Assembly (NCBI GenBank): GCA_965237955.1
Contig: OZ250169.1
Coordinates: 4,192,001 to 4,256,000 of the forward strand
DNA length: 64,000 bases
Direction of reading: 5' to 3'
Source: Candidatus Marinacidobacterales bacterium
Lineage (GTDB): Bacteria; Acidobacteriota; Vicinamibacteria; Marinacidobacterales; SMYC01
Each line of letters opens with the position of its first letter. Position 1 is the first letter of the stretch. A program made the translations under genes and the position numbers. Under the pieces are notes generated by a model that worked only from the letters and a program-made list of their open reading frames with translations, made no database searches and had not been told where the DNA came from. Below, piece by piece: positions 1 to 11,010 of this stretch.

Positions 1-507
1 AAACCGAGCTTGGTGAGCTCTGCGTGGATACGAGGTGCGCCCCAGCCGTCCTGAGCGATCGTCCGGATGAGTCGACGAATCTAGGCGTCGACGCGAGGGC
101 GACCCGGATAGCGTCGCTGGGAGATCTTCGCCCAGTATCGCCGGAATCGCTCCCGATTCCATTTCGCGACGGTGTCCGCGTTGACGATCAGCAGGCGGCT
201 CACCCACGGGGGCCACGAGCGGCGAAGGACGACCCAGAAAGCCCGATCGGTGTCCTCGAGCGGTGGCCGCGGTCGCTCTCTCTTGAGCACGGCCACTTGC
301 TGCCGGAGCGCCAGGTTTTCGATCACGAGGTCGGCGCGGCGGCGACAAATCGCCCTGATTGCACGGGCGCCGAGTGAGACGAGGAAGATGAGCAAGCGAA
401 ACATGACGGTGAGTGTGCCGTTCCCGTCGCGTCATCTCAAGTCCGGCGGAGCACAGGTGCGCCTAAGTTCCTGATTTCGCGGGCGGATGGGTTTTGACGA
501 GGGACAG
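1..507 (-). mobile_element. Remnant of an rve/integrase-core transposase element with an in-frame TAG at 81-83 and an end sequence at ~486-507
   Basis: ORF 81..404 (DLVIENLALRQQV...PGRP) continues in frame past the stop as IRRLIRTIAQDGWGAPRIHAELTKLG. End reads TGTCCCTCGTCAAAACCCATCC on the minus strand. Confidence 0.75.
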
Positions 508-640
508 GCGGTCTGAACCGCTTTCAGGCGCCCCTACCCTTCTGATATCCTCGACGAGCCTCAACAACCCGGATTAGCCCATGCAAGCCGAGGAAATTGG
601 AGGGACACGCTTCACGATGCGCTATGGAATTTCCTATCCC
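508..640 (+). mobile_element. Probable IS91-like terminus (oriIS-type)
   Basis: Ends in GGAATTTCCTATCCC immediately before a truncated gene. A similar motif occurs on the minus strand near 33842-33852. Confidence 0.4.
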
Positions 641-798
641 TCCATACCGAGCGCATGATGAACACCATTCGCGGCTCGCGGGCACGCATCGACCAAATGA
701 TCACGCACACGTTCCCGATCGACCGGGTCGCAGAGGCGATGGATGTTCAGCTCGCCGGGCAGTGCGGGAAAGTGATCGTTCACCCCTGGGAGGATTGA
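641..798 (+). pseudogene. 3' fragment of a Zn-dependent dehydrogenase, paralog of the next gene
   Basis: Reads ...IDQMITHTFPIDRVAEAMDVQLAGQCGKVIVHPWED*, matching the C-terminus of ORF 806..1843. Confidence 0.8.
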
Positions 799-805
799 CG
801 AAGCG

Positions 806-1843
806 ATGAAGACCGTAGCGATTACCGGAAAGCAGTCCAGTGCAATCGTGGACAGACCGATGCCGACGGCGAAAGAGGATTTTGCGGTGGTCAAGATCCT
901 CTCGGCGCCGTTGTGCACCGAGTACGCGGACTACCGCGATAGCGTCTACCGCAAGTTCAAGTCGCCGGACGCTATTGGACACGAAGCAGCCGGCGAGGTC
1001 GTCGAGGTTGCACAGCCCGGTAAAGTAAAGGTCGGCGACCGAGTCGCCGTCATGCCCGGTTTCTGGTGCGGAAACTGCCGGTACTGCCTTTCGGGCGAGT
1101 ACATCCACTGCGAGAACGAGGTCGATCCGCTGGCCGTATGCGCATGCGAGGCCGGCGACGCGTCATATGCCGAGTACTGCCTGAAACAGGACTGGCTGTT
1201 GCTGCCGATTCCGGATGACATGAGCTACGACCATGGTGCCATGGCGTGTTGCGGCCTGGGGCCCGCGCTCAACGCCATGCGCACGATGGATGTAAACGGT
1301 GACGACACGGTCCTCATCGCCGGTACGGGGCCAATCGGGCTGGGTTCGATCATCTGTGCGACCTACCGCGGTGCGCGAGTGATCTGCCTCGGACGCAAAG
1401 CATACCGCAGCGACCTGGCAATGAAGCTCGGTGCCGAAACGGTCTTGGACCCTACTGCCGACGACGTCAGGCAGCAGATCCTCGATCTTACCGATGGACT
1501 TGGCGCCTCGAAGTCGGTCGAGACAACGGGGTTCCACACCTACTTGGATGTGGTGATGAAAGCAACCCGCCGGAAGGGCCAGGTCGGCATCATCGGTGAA
1601 GGCGGCGAGTATCCCGTCCCGATTAGCGACGGCATGATTCGGACCGGTCTGACCCTGCACGGCATCTGGCACTGGAACCTGGGCGATGCACCCGACATGC
1701 TGAACATGATCGGTCGCGTGGGCGACAAGCTGGACATCATGATCACGCACCGATTTCCGATGGATCAGATCGAAGACGCATGGAAGCTGCAGATGACCGG
1801 CCAGTGCGGCAAGGTCGTTATCCACCCGTTTGAAGGAGCCTGA
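806..1843 (+). CDS. Zn-dependent medium-chain alcohol/sugar dehydrogenase
   Basis: GHEAAG motif, structural Zn CGNCRYC...C, GTGPIG Rossmann motif. Confidence 0.92.
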   Translation: MKTVAITGKQSSAIVDRPMPTAKEDFAVVKILSAPLCTEYADYRDSVYRKFKSPDAIGHEAAGEVVEVAQPGKVKVGDRVAVMPGFWCGNCRYCLSGEYIHCENEVDPLAVCACEAGDASYAEYCLKQDWLLLPIPDDMSYDHGAMACCGLGPALNAMRTMDVNGDDTVLIAGTGPIGLGSIICATYRGARVICLGRKAYRSDLAMKLGAETVLDPTADDVRQQILDLTDGLGASKSVETTGFHTYLDVVMKATRRKGQVGIIGEGGEYPVPISDGMIRTGLTLHGIWHWNLGDAPDMLNMIGRVGDKLDIMITHRFPMDQIEDAWKLQMTGQCGKVVIHPFEGA

Positions 1844-1845
1844 AG

Positions 1846-2820
1846 ATGAGCGACAACGACCTCTGGATCACCGTCGAGGGTACCGACGGACCGGGCAAGG
1901 GGAAGCACATCCTCTTCATCAGTGGTGACGAGGAATACCGTTCGGAAGAAGCGTTGCCGATGTTGGCACAGGTGATGGCGCGACACCATGGCTTCAAGAG
2001 CACGGTGCTGTTTGCGATCGACCCGGAGACGGGCTTCGTCGACCCGGAAGTGCAGACGAACATCCCAGGCATGCACCACGTCGATACGGCCGACATGATC
2101 GTGATGTTGATTCGCTTCCGCGAGCTGCCGGACGAGGATATGGGGCGCTTCATCGACTACACGTTTGCGGGCAAACCGATTCTGGCGCTACGGACCTCCA
2201 CGCACGCGTTCCAATACGGACGCGATCCGGTGGGGCGGCCGTCGGATTGCGCGGGCTACCGACCAGCCAGCCCGTATGGCAAGTTCACGTGCGACCACGT
2301 CGAGTACCGTGGCGGTTTCGGGCGCCAGGTGCTTGGCGAGACCTGGGTTGCCCACCACGGCCACCACGCGTACGAGGCCACGCGCGGCGTACCGAATGCG
2401 GCGATGAAGGATCACCCGATCCTGAAAGGCGTCGACACAATCTGGTGTCCCACCGATGTGTATGAGGCGCATCCGCCAGACGACGTCGAGGTTCTCGTGG
2501 ACGGCCACGTGCTGATTGGCATGGACCCGAAAGATCCGGAGAAGCCCGACACGCCTACCATGCCGGTGGCGTGGATACGCCAGCCCAAAGCCGAGACCGG
2601 CACCGGGCGTATCCTCTGTTCCACCATGGGAGCGGCCGTGGATCTGAAAGACCAGTCGCTGCGTCGTCTCGTAATCAACGGCATCTACTGGTGCATGGGC
2701 ATGGAGTCGGAGATCTCCCTGGATCGCAGCGTGGATCCGGTTGCGGCGTACGATCCGACTTACTACGGGTATGGCGGTTTCCAGAGGGGGAAGCGGCCTC
2801 AGGAGTTCTTCGGCGCGTAG
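1846..2820 (+). CDS. ThuA-like domain protein
   Basis: ISGDEEYRSEE, RTSTHAF and GETWVAHHG motifs. Starts 2 bp after the upstream stop. Confidence 0.75.
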   Translation: MSDNDLWITVEGTDGPGKGKHILFISGDEEYRSEEALPMLAQVMARHHGFKSTVLFAIDPETGFVDPEVQTNIPGMHHVDTADMIVMLIRFRELPDEDMGRFIDYTFAGKPILALRTSTHAFQYGRDPVGRPSDCAGYRPASPYGKFTCDHVEYRGGFGRQVLGETWVAHHGHHAYEATRGVPNAAMKDHPILKGVDTIWCPTDVYEAHPPDDVEVLVDGHVLIGMDPKDPEKPDTPTMPVAWIRQPKAETGTGRILCSTMGAAVDLKDQSLRRLVINGIYWCMGMESEISLDRSVDPVAAYDPTYYGYGGFQRGKRPQEFFGA

Positions 2821-2942
2821 CCTGTCGCACTGACCGACGAGCCGCGGTGCCGACCGCGGTTCGATCTCGAACAGGCCGCAGCCGGTGCCGGTGCCCCTCC
2901 GTAGGGGGCCGACCATAACCGGCCGGCCGCCGCCGCGCCGCT

Positions 2943-5900
2943 GCCTTGGTGCACAACTCCGATAGAGGCCGAGAGCTCGCTTGGCCCCGACTCCCATCAT
3001 CCGATCATCTCGCTATCAGGCATCCCGAGCGCCGTCATCGTATTGAGAATCTTGCACCCGATCCTTGCCTCGACTCTCTGTGCCGCCAACCCTCTCGCTC
3101 GCATCGCTGAGCCCACGATAGCCTTGTAGCGATGGAACGTTGTCTCGACTTTGCTCCGTTTGCTGTAGCCCGATTCTGTGTGCCACTTTCGTTTGCCGAG
3201 CCGATCTTGTGCTGCAATGTTGCGATTGCGCTGTCGGCTGCTCGCCGGCCCCGATGCGAGCTGGGCGCCCTTGCGCGGCGGTATCAGCACCCTCGGCGAG
3301 CAATGAGCGCTGTGATTCTCGATTGCCTCATAGACGCCGCCGGCGTCGTATGCGGTGTCAGCTCTGGCCGATGAGATGGGACTGTCGATCTGTCCGACAA
3401 GCGATGCAACCCGCGATGAATCGCGGGCTCTTTTGCTCGTCAAGCTCGCCGGCCGGAACGTGTCAACAACTTTGAGACACCCGCGGACTGCATTTAGTGA
3501 GCCTCAATCAATGCAGTAAGACTCGTGGGCCCGGGGCGGTCACCGTCTGCGTGCGGCGAGATCTGGTCGCGTTGGCCTGAATCCGGGGGTACCCCAGGTG
3601 TGGACCACCTTGAGAAAGTGGCTCCGGCGGCCTCCTGGCGCGTCGTTTTCTCCGGCGGCGGGTTGATCCAGGCCTGAGGAGGCAAAACGGGGGGCTGTGG
3701 CATTCCGCGAACGAAGCGTTCGGGATGAGCCCGATGAGCTTCGAGGAGGATTTGGCGCCGGGCAGTGGTGAGCTGTTCCGCGAGACCATCGTGAACGGCG
3801 GCCGGTGTCATGAGGCCGATTCCCGAGTGCCGGCGTTCGTGATTGTAGTAGTCGAGGAAGCCGCCGCAGAACAGCCGGCCGTCTTCGATGGAACCAAAAC
3901 GGCTCGGAAACTGAGGGCAATACTTCAGAGTCTTGAACTGGGACTCGGAGTAGGGGTTATCGTTCGAGACGTAAGGTCTGGAGTGGGTCTTGGTAACGCC
4001 GAGGTCAGCCAGGAGCATAGCTACGGACTTGCTTCGCATCGAGCTGCCACGGTCGGCGTGGATGGTGAGCTGGTCTGGTTCGATGTTCTGTTTGCGGCAG
4101 CTCTCGCTGATGAGACGACGAGCGAGCTCAGCGCTTTCTCGTCGAGCCAACATCCACCCGGTCACGTAACGGGAGAAGATGTCCAGAATCACGTAGAGGT
4201 AGTAGTAGGTCCACTTGACGGGGCCACGCAGCTTGGTGATATCCCACGACCAAACCTGGTTCGGCGCTTCGGCCAGCAGCTCCGGCTTTTGATAATTCGG
4301 ATGTCGCAGCTGGTTCCGGCGCTCTCGGACCTCTCCGTTCTCCGCCAGAATCCGATACATCGTGCGGATCGAGCAGTAGTAGATTCCCTCGTCCAGGAGC
4401 GTGGCCCACACCTGAGCGGGCGCCTTGTCGACGAACCGCTCGGAGTGCAAGGCACCGAGAACCAGCTCACGTTCGGTCACATCGAGGGCTCGGTGCGACC
4501 GAGGGCGGCGTTTCGCATTGGACGTTACCGTCTGGCGCCTGCGATACAACGTGGAGCGAGCTATTCCAAGGGCCTCGCAGGCTTCCGCCGTCTGTCCAAT
4601 TCGTCCCGCCAGCTCCTCGGCCGCCACCATCAATCGTTCTCGTCGCTGTCTGGTGGATTCAGGGGGATCCCCAGAAGTTCGGAGGTTTTTTTTTGGATCT
4701 CTAGCATCGTCTCCACCCGAGCCAGGCGATGCTTCAATCGCGCGTTCTCGCGCTCGAGCTCCTTGACCCGTGGATCCTCTGCCTTCGCCTTCCGTCCTCG
4801 CTTCCTCGATGTCAACCCCGCCTTGGCAATCTTGTCACGTTGGCGACGCCAACTCGAAAGATGCGACGAGTACAGTCCCTCTCGACGCAGAAGAGCCGCA
4901 ACATCCCCGTCACCCTTGCAAGCATCGGCCTCGCGCACTATCCGCAGCTTGTACTCTGCGGTAAAGCGTCGACGCTTCGCTTGCTCACTCACTTCGGGAT
5001 CCGGGACCCCTGCCGCATCGCGGCCGGCGCGATCTGCAGTCGCCCTACGGGCTCCTTCCGATCCCGCCGGGGTCATTCTCTCAATCAACGTAGTCATTCA
5101 TGATCCTCCTCCGCCCTCTACACTAATTTCAAGGGGCGAAGTGTCTCAAGGAGGTTGGCACAGAGGGCCGGCGCGATCTGCAGTCGCCCTACGGGCTCCT
5201 TCACGATCCCGCCAGCTTGGGTCATTCGGCGCTCTCAATCAACGTAGTCATTCATGATCCTCCCCTCCGCCCTCTACACTGCAAGGCACCGATCCCGCCG
5301 GGGTCAAATCACTCAAATCACGCCCTCTACACTAATTTCAAGGGGCGAAGTGTCTCAAGGAGGTTGGCACAGAGGGGGCGACGACTTCGCCACTCTGCTC
5401 GTCGACACACAGATGGAGCTTGCGATAGTCCCTGCTCTTTGGTGCTCTGCGCAGCTGGCCGGCGTGGACAGCGAGACCGCTGCTGTCGATCAAGATGTGC
5501 AACGGCGTCTTCTGCTTGTCTTGGTAGAAGGGGACCTTACCCAGCTTCGCCTTGCGCCTCGAGATCGTGGTGTGATCGGGCACATCATTGTCTAGCTTCA
5601 TCAGAGCGAACAACGATCGCAGCAATCCCTCGCTCTGCCTAGATGACAGATGAAACACCATGCCCAGGGTGACAGCCGTCTCGATGGCGTGGTTCGAGTA
5701 CTTGCGTTGACGGCCCGGTTTCCTCCTCCTCGGCCGGGGCGCGTCCCAGTTCACAAGCTTGCCGGCGGTGAGCGAGATCCAGGCGGTCAGGCTCCCACGG
5801 TTGCGTAGACCCGCCTCATATTCACGCCAATTCCTCACGCGATAGGCCTTCTTCACATACTTCCGCTGAGTGCGTTTGAAAATGCTCATGGGAAACCTCG

Positions 5901-5954
5901 AATCCGTGAGTAAAGGACAATTGTGGACCGAGATCGCGAGTTGTGCACCAAGGC
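2943..5954 (-). mobile_element. IS5 family (IS903-like) element split by a nested IS3
   Basis: Terminal IRs GCCTTGGTGCACAACTC at 2943 and ending at 5954. Transposase N-part YRVRNWREYEAGLRNRGSLT...IDSSG (5890-5380). C-part DTAYD...GYSKRSKVET (3443-2997). Confidence 0.9.
3454..5376 (-). mobile_element. IS3 family element (orfA 4630..5097, orfB 3494..4633) with a duplicated left end
   Basis: orfA has RRRFTAEYKLRI HTH. orfB has WSWDIT, HADRG and DNPYSES DDE motifs. GGC repeats at 3451-3453 and 5377-5379 flank the element. Confidence 0.9.
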
Positions 5955-6627
5955 AGCGCTTGACTGGCTTGAAGAGAAGTTCTCCAAGGTTGTAGAGCAG
6001 ACAAGTGTCGGCCTTCGACAATCCGTGATGGAAGAACTGACCACAATCGCCCAACTAGCAGACCGTGGCGACAGAGCTATACCGGGAGCTGCCAATAGAG
6101 CTATGTCAGTATCTGTTTCGAGCCTGAAGCGGGACGCATCGATTGCATTCGGCCGGGTGAAGCTTCGCCAGCGAAGAACCGAAGCTGCCGGAACTGATCG
6201 GCCAGGGGTTAGCATGCGAGATTACTTCATCTCTCACGCCGGTGAGGATCGACGTACGTGTGTCGATCCTCTCGTCAATGAGTTAAGGAGGAAAGGCCGG
6301 ACAGTGTGGTATAGCGAGTTCGAGATAACGCTCGGAGACAGTCTTCTCAGAAAGATCGACGAAGGACTACAGAACAGCCGATTTGGCGTGGTTGTGTTGA
6401 GTCCGGACTTCTTCCAAAAGCCGTGGCCGCAGGCCGAGCTTGATGGCCTTGCTGCGCGGGCTGCTGTGGAAGGTCGAAAAGTGATCCTTCCCGTGTGGCA
6501 CAGACTTAGCCATGCTGACGTGGCGGAACGCTCGCCATCTCTGGCTGGCTTGGTAGGTATCGAAACCGGGCAGGGAATAGCTGAAGTCGCAGATGCCATA
6601 ATAGCTGCGTCCGACAGGGACCTGTAG
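5955..6627 (+). CDS. TIR-domain protein, 5'-truncated by IS5; TIR domain starts at ATG 6214
   Basis: DYFISHAGED, VWYSEFEITLGDSL, IDEGL, VVVLSPDFFQKPWPQAEL and VILPVWH are typical bacterial TIR_2 motifs. Confidence 0.88.
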
Positions 6628-6677
6628 TGTACCTCTGGCGCCCACCCCACGACGCCCGACTGAACAAGTCGAAGACT

Positions 6678-6757
6678 CGTCCTGTGCCAAAACTCGGCCC
6701 TTTTGAAATAAACGATAAATCAACAGCTTAGAGTCTGTGTTTGCGACCGTGCCAAGG
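6678..6757 (-). repeat. 80-bp mini-element, copy 1
   Basis: Near-identical reverse complement of 9692-9771. Contains AATCAACAGCTTA, matching the IHF consensus. Confidence 0.85.
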
Positions 6758-6851
6758 GCCGTAGGCTCTACAATCGTCTTGGGCGGACAGGTCGTCACCA
6801 TGCAGACCACCACCTGGTCGAGAGCGAATATCCAAGCGTGTTACTGAAGTT

Positions 6852-6965
6852 GTGTTTCCACACTACGCCGGTCTAGCCCACCGAGGGGCGACCGTCGCCG
6901 ACGACAATCTATGCGGCACGGTAGTAGCAGTTGAGAATGCCTCCAAGTCGCTCTCGCGACACGAC
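6852..6965 (-). mobile_element. 3' remnant of an rve-integrase element
   Basis: Minus strand reads VVSRERLGGILNCYYRAA*, like the C-terminus of ORF 36080..36502. Confidence 0.6.
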
Positions 6966-7034
6966 GGGGCCAGCGTCCTTCACGCTTGCCGGCCAGCGTG
7001 AGGCACAGTCTAATCGCGCCGCATCGGTTCTCGC

Positions 7035-9060
7035 TGTTAGCGGCGGGCGTAAATTGCACACTTATGGCGGACGAAAATTGCACACTCGGCCATCCGTAAA
7101 AGGAGGCCGTTGTCGTGTGTCTGGAGTGCCAGACATGACGGCGCGCCTTCAATCAGAATGGCGTTTCCGGAGTGGAGGCGCCGATGTACGGAAGGGAGAA
7201 ACGAGTGTTACTACGAGAGTATTTGGAGCAGGGAATCAAGAAGGCGGCGCTAGCAGACAAGCTAGGAATCAGCCGCCGAACGGTCCACCACTGGATAAAG
7301 ACGGGTCAACTGGACCGAGAGTTGGACGAGGAAACGGTGCGCTACAAGAAGCGTCCGCGGATCGAGCGCAGGATCGACCCGTACCGGGAGATCCTTCATT
7401 CGCGCCTGCACGAGTTCCCGGAGCTGAGTTCAGTACGCCTGCATGATGAGATCCGTGCCGCGGGCTATGAAGGCGGCTACACGCAGGTCAAGGAGTACGT
7501 GCGGCAGATTCGCCCACAGCCACCGGCGGAGCCGCTGGTGCGTTTCGAGACCTCACCAGGCCACCAAGCTCAGGTCGATTTTGCACACTTTCGTTTGCCA
7601 TGGGGTCGTCGGTGGGCACTTCTCGTGGTGCTCGGATACTCGAGGCTGCTATGGCTTCGGTTTTTCAAGCGACAGGACATGCGGACGTTGTTCGCGGGGC
7701 TTGAGCAGGCCTTCCTATTTTTTGGAGGAGTTCCCAAAGAGCTCCTTTTTGACCAGATGCGTTCGGTCATCGTCGAGGATCACCGCCGGGAAGGTGGCCC
7801 TCTCGTTGAGAACCCAGAGTTCGTCCGCTTCGCCCACCACTGGGAGTTTCGAACAAGAGCGTGTCGCCCGTATCGGGCGAAGACCAAGGGCAAAGTGGAA
7901 AGGCCAATCCGCTATGTGAGAGGAAGCTTCTTCTACGGTCGCCACTTTATCAACGATGACGACCTCGATGCTCAGCTCGAGCGTTGGCTGAGTGACGTCG
8001 CCAACGTCCGACTCCATCGCACAACCAACGAACGACCGATAGAACGATTCGCGCGCGATGAAAGGGCCACTCTGAGACCGCTCGTTGAGCGGCCATATCG
8101 CTCTCTTGTACTGCCAAACCAACCCGCGAGAAGAACTCCAAAAGCCTGCTTAACCACACTGCCTTCGATGGATGTCGAGCATCGTCCCCTCGAAGTCTAC
8201 ACGCGGCTCGTTGGAGGTGGACAATGAAGGCGAGCACAATATCGCGACGTGAGCAGATCCGTACGATGCTGGCCGACCTAAAGATGCCTGGCGCGCTCGA
8301 AGCTGTCGACCGCGTACTATCTGATGCCGATGGCGGTGCGGTCACAACGGCGGAGGCCATCGAGAACCTTCTTGGAGCGCAGATCACGTTGAGAAACAAC
8401 CGTCGTCTCCAAGCGGCGATGCGCTCCTCACGACTCCCCGCGGTCAAAACAATCGATGAGTTCGATTTTTCGTTCCAGCCATCGATCAAACGCGAGCAGA
8501 TTGAGAACCTTCACGAGCTCGGGTTCGTTGAACGTAAGGAGAACGTCGTCTTATTGGGACCTCCTGGTGTGGGCAAAACTCATCTCGCGATTAGTCTTGC
8601 CATCGCCGCTGCCCAGAATGGACGGCGCGTCTATTACGGCACCCTGGCTGAGCTCATCACCTCCCTCGAAGAGGCTCGTGACGCGGGCCGCCTCACTCGT
8701 CGACTCGCGGTTCTCAGTTATCCGTCACTGCTTGTTGTCGATGAAATCGGATACCTACCCGTCACCCAGACCGGCGCGGTGCTTTTTTTCCAGCTCATAA
8801 GTAGGCGATACGAGCGCGCTTCGACCGTGCTCACCTCTAACAAAAGTTTCGAGGAATGGGGCGAGATCCTTGGCGACGAAGTCATGGCCGCCGCTCTCAT
8901 CGACCGCATTCTGCACCACTGCCACCTCGTCAACATCCGAGGAAACAGTTACCGCATGAGAGAGCACTCCGAACTGTGGCGAGCGCTCCATCCGGCGGGT
9001 TCGGACGAACCTCACCCGCCGGCTAAATCTCATAGGAAATACACGGAGGCGACGGCGTCA
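7035..9060 (+). mobile_element. IS21 family element; right end not found
   Basis: TG start with repeated AAATTGCACACT, followed by an istA/istB pair. Confidence 0.9.
7184..8227 (+). CDS. istA: IS21 transposase IstA
   Basis: RFETSPGHQAQVDF, FGGVPKELLFDQM and KTKGKVER motifs. Confidence 0.93.
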   Translation: MYGREKRVLLREYLEQGIKKAALADKLGISRRTVHHWIKTGQLDRELDEETVRYKKRPRIERRIDPYREILHSRLHEFPELSSVRLHDEIRAAGYEGGYTQVKEYVRQIRPQPPAEPLVRFETSPGHQAQVDFAHFRLPWGRRWALLVVLGYSRLLWLRFFKRQDMRTLFAGLEQAFLFFGGVPKELLFDQMRSVIVEDHRREGGPLVENPEFVRFAHHWEFRTRACRPYRAKTKGKVERPIRYVRGSFFYGRHFINDDDLDAQLERWLSDVANVRLHRTTNERPIERFARDERATLRPLVERPYRSLVLPNQPARRTPKACLTTLPSMDVEHRPLEVYTRLVGGGQ

Positions 9061-9678
9061 TACGCGAGCGCGCCGTTGCCTCGAGGCCGGTCCTTGGTGG
9101 GCTCCATCACGATTACCGGTTGTCACGCGTCGCCTGACGGACCTAGCTTCTCGCGGGGAACAACGCGTTCTTTCTCGAGCACGTTATTGCGTCGGTGGCC
9201 CGGCAGCGACAGAGTGCAGAACCTCCACCGAGGCGAACACGAGTTCGCAGGACCTCAACTCCCATGGCTGTCTGCCCGTCAATACGCGATCTTCTTTTTT
9301 GCGGATCACAGCTCACGGCGTGCGTGCGCCGGGCAATGTTCGAGCAAGTTGGCGCGCTTGTGCTCGGTACATCGCTGCAACCGGCACCCCGGCCACTTCT
9401 CCAGCGCTTTCGTCAGCCCGTCGTGTCCAAAAACACAAATGAACCCTCGAAGACTCTATCCACCAAGGGCAGAGTTTTGGCACAGGACGCGTGGCAGGGT
9501 TAACTGGCCCTGCCCACTGTGCTTGCGCGCAGCCCCTTCCAGGTGCTGTAGCACATGGCGACCAGCACCAGCGCGAAGGGGAGGCCGGTGGCGAGGGTGG
9601 CTGCCTGTGCAGCCACGAGGCCGCCGCCGAGCAGCAGCGCGATGGGGCGTGGACGGTGGGGCCTGCAACAACCATTGA
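8224..9678 (+). CDS. istB: IS21 helper ATPase IstB; runs into unrelated DNA after ~9060
   Basis: GPPGVGKT Walker [10 protein letters not shown] Walker B and GNSYRM motif, then a ~200-aa non-homologous tail. Confidence 0.9.
   Translation: MKASTISRREQIRTMLADLKMPGALEAVDRVLSDADGGAVTTAEAIENLLGAQITLRNNRRLQAAMRSSRLPAVKTIDEFDFSFQPSIKREQIENLHELGFVERKENVVLLGPPGVGKTHLAISLAIAAAQNGRRVYYGTLAELITSLEEARDAGRLTRRLAVLSYPSLLVVDEIGYLPVTQTGAVLFFQLISRRYERASTVLTSNKSFEEWGEILGDEVMAAALIDRILHHCHLVNIRGNSYRMREHSELWRALHPAGSDEPHPPAKSHRKYTEATASYASAPLPRGRSLVGSITITGCHASPDGPSFSRGTTRSFSSTLLRRWPGSDRVQNLHRGEHEFAGPQLPWLSARQYAIFFFADHSSRRACAGQCSSKLARLCSVHRCNRHPGHFSSAFVSPSCPKTQMNPRRLYPPRAEFWHRTRGRVNWPCPLCLRAAPSRCCSTWRPAPARRGGRWRGWLPVQPRGRRRAAARWGVDGGACNNH
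9419..9489 (+). repeat. Mini-element variant with imperfect terminal IRs
   Basis: CGTCGTGTCCAAAAACAC...GAGTTTTGGCACAGGACG. Confidence 0.65.
9500..9650 (-). pseudogene. C-terminal fragment of a BCCT family transporter
   Basis: [36 protein letters not shown] resembles the last BetT/BCCT helices. Confidence 0.7.
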
Positions 9679-9691
9679 GCAGAGCTACCCT

Positions 9692-9771
9692 CCTTGGCCC
9701 GGTCGCAAACACAGACACTAAGCTGCTGATTTATGGTCTATTTCAAAAGGGCCGAGTTTTGGCACAGGACG
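9692..9771 (+). repeat. 80-bp mini-element, copy 2
   Basis: Inverted match to 6678-6757. Confidence 0.85.
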
Positions 9772-11010
9772 GGGTCGGGGGAGTCCGCGTGCTCCCCGTG
9801 GAGTTGAAGGCTGCGATCGTTCTTTTCTACAGCCTGCTCGATGAAAAGCAGTGCCGTCTCTACGCGGGAGTCGAGGCCATGAAGCTCGGTCACGGTGGCG
9901 ACCAACAGATTGCCGAACTGCTCGGGATGGATCCGAGCACGGTAGCCAGAGGTCGTAGGGAATTGCTAATGAGAGATGTTGAGCTCGACGGAGTTCGGCG
10001 AAAGGGTGGCGGACGGCGCGCCGTGCAAAAAAAACGCCAGAAGTCATCGCCAAGATCGAAGAACTCATGAAGCACGACACCGCGGGCGATCCGATGACGG
10101 GAGTGAAATGGACGCGGCGGACCACCGACAAGATTGCTTGCGAGCTAAGAAGCCTCAGTGTGAACGTCAGCAGCAAAACCGTCGGTCGACTGCTCAAACA
10201 GCTCGGCTTCTCGTTGCGGGTGAACCACAAGAAGCTGTGCGGTGCCACGTCCGAAGATCGCGATACCCAATTCGCGTGTATCGCCGAACTGCGCGAGCGT
10301 TTTGCCGCAGCTGGTCATCCCATCATCAGCGTAGACACGAAGAAACGGGAGCTGGTGGGATTATTCAAAAACGGCGGGCAGGCCTGGAACCGCGAGCCGA
10401 CTCTCGTCAAAGACCATGACTTCCGTTCCGAATCGAACGGCATCGCAATCCCCTACGGCGTCTACGATCTGCTCGCGAACCGCGGGACAGTGTTCATTGG
10501 TACCTCGTACAACACCCCGGACTTCGCCGTGAATGCCATCGAGAAGTGGTGGCGAACGGAAGGACGGCGACGCTATCCTGCAGCCCGTGACCTCGCGATA
10601 TTGGCAGACGCCGGGGGCAGCAATGGCTATCGGTGTCGGGGTTGGAAGCACGGGCTTCAAACGCGGATTTGCAATCGCCACGACATCGCTATCACCATAG
10701 CCCACTATCCGTCCGGTACATCCAAGTGGAATCCAGTGGAGCACCGTCTGTTCAGCGAGATCAGCAAGAACTGGGCGGGCAGGCCTCTCGACAGCTACGA
10801 AACCATCCTCAAATACATCCGCACGACCACCACCTCTTCCGGTTTGCGAGTACGCGCACACCTTATCCGGCGTCGTTATCCGAAGGGCGTCAAAATCACT
10901 GACGAGCGGATGCAGGCGCTTTCCGTTACAAAGGACCAGACTCTACCCAAATGGAACTACACCATCCGACCGTCTTGAAAACGGGAACTTATTTTGTCGC
11001 CGGCCCTAAG
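9772..11010 (+). mobile_element. ISAzo13 family transposase, 5'-truncated, with a frame change at the A8 run 10027-10034
   Basis: LDEKQCRLYAG, AGDPM...KWT, ISVDTKKRELVG, ADAGGSNG and SKWNPVEHRLF motifs. Confidence 0.9.

Noticed and set aside
3725-5257. 510-aa plus-strand ORF
   Set aside because: Antisense to the IS3 transposase genes.
5923-6627. Complete Thoeris/CBASS/SPARTA defence system
   Set aside because: No SIR2/Macro, cyclase or Argonaute partner gene is present in the window.
9060-9678. Apparent novel C-terminal domain on IstB
   Set aside because: Read-through across a lost IS end into mini-elements and an antisense BCCT fragment.
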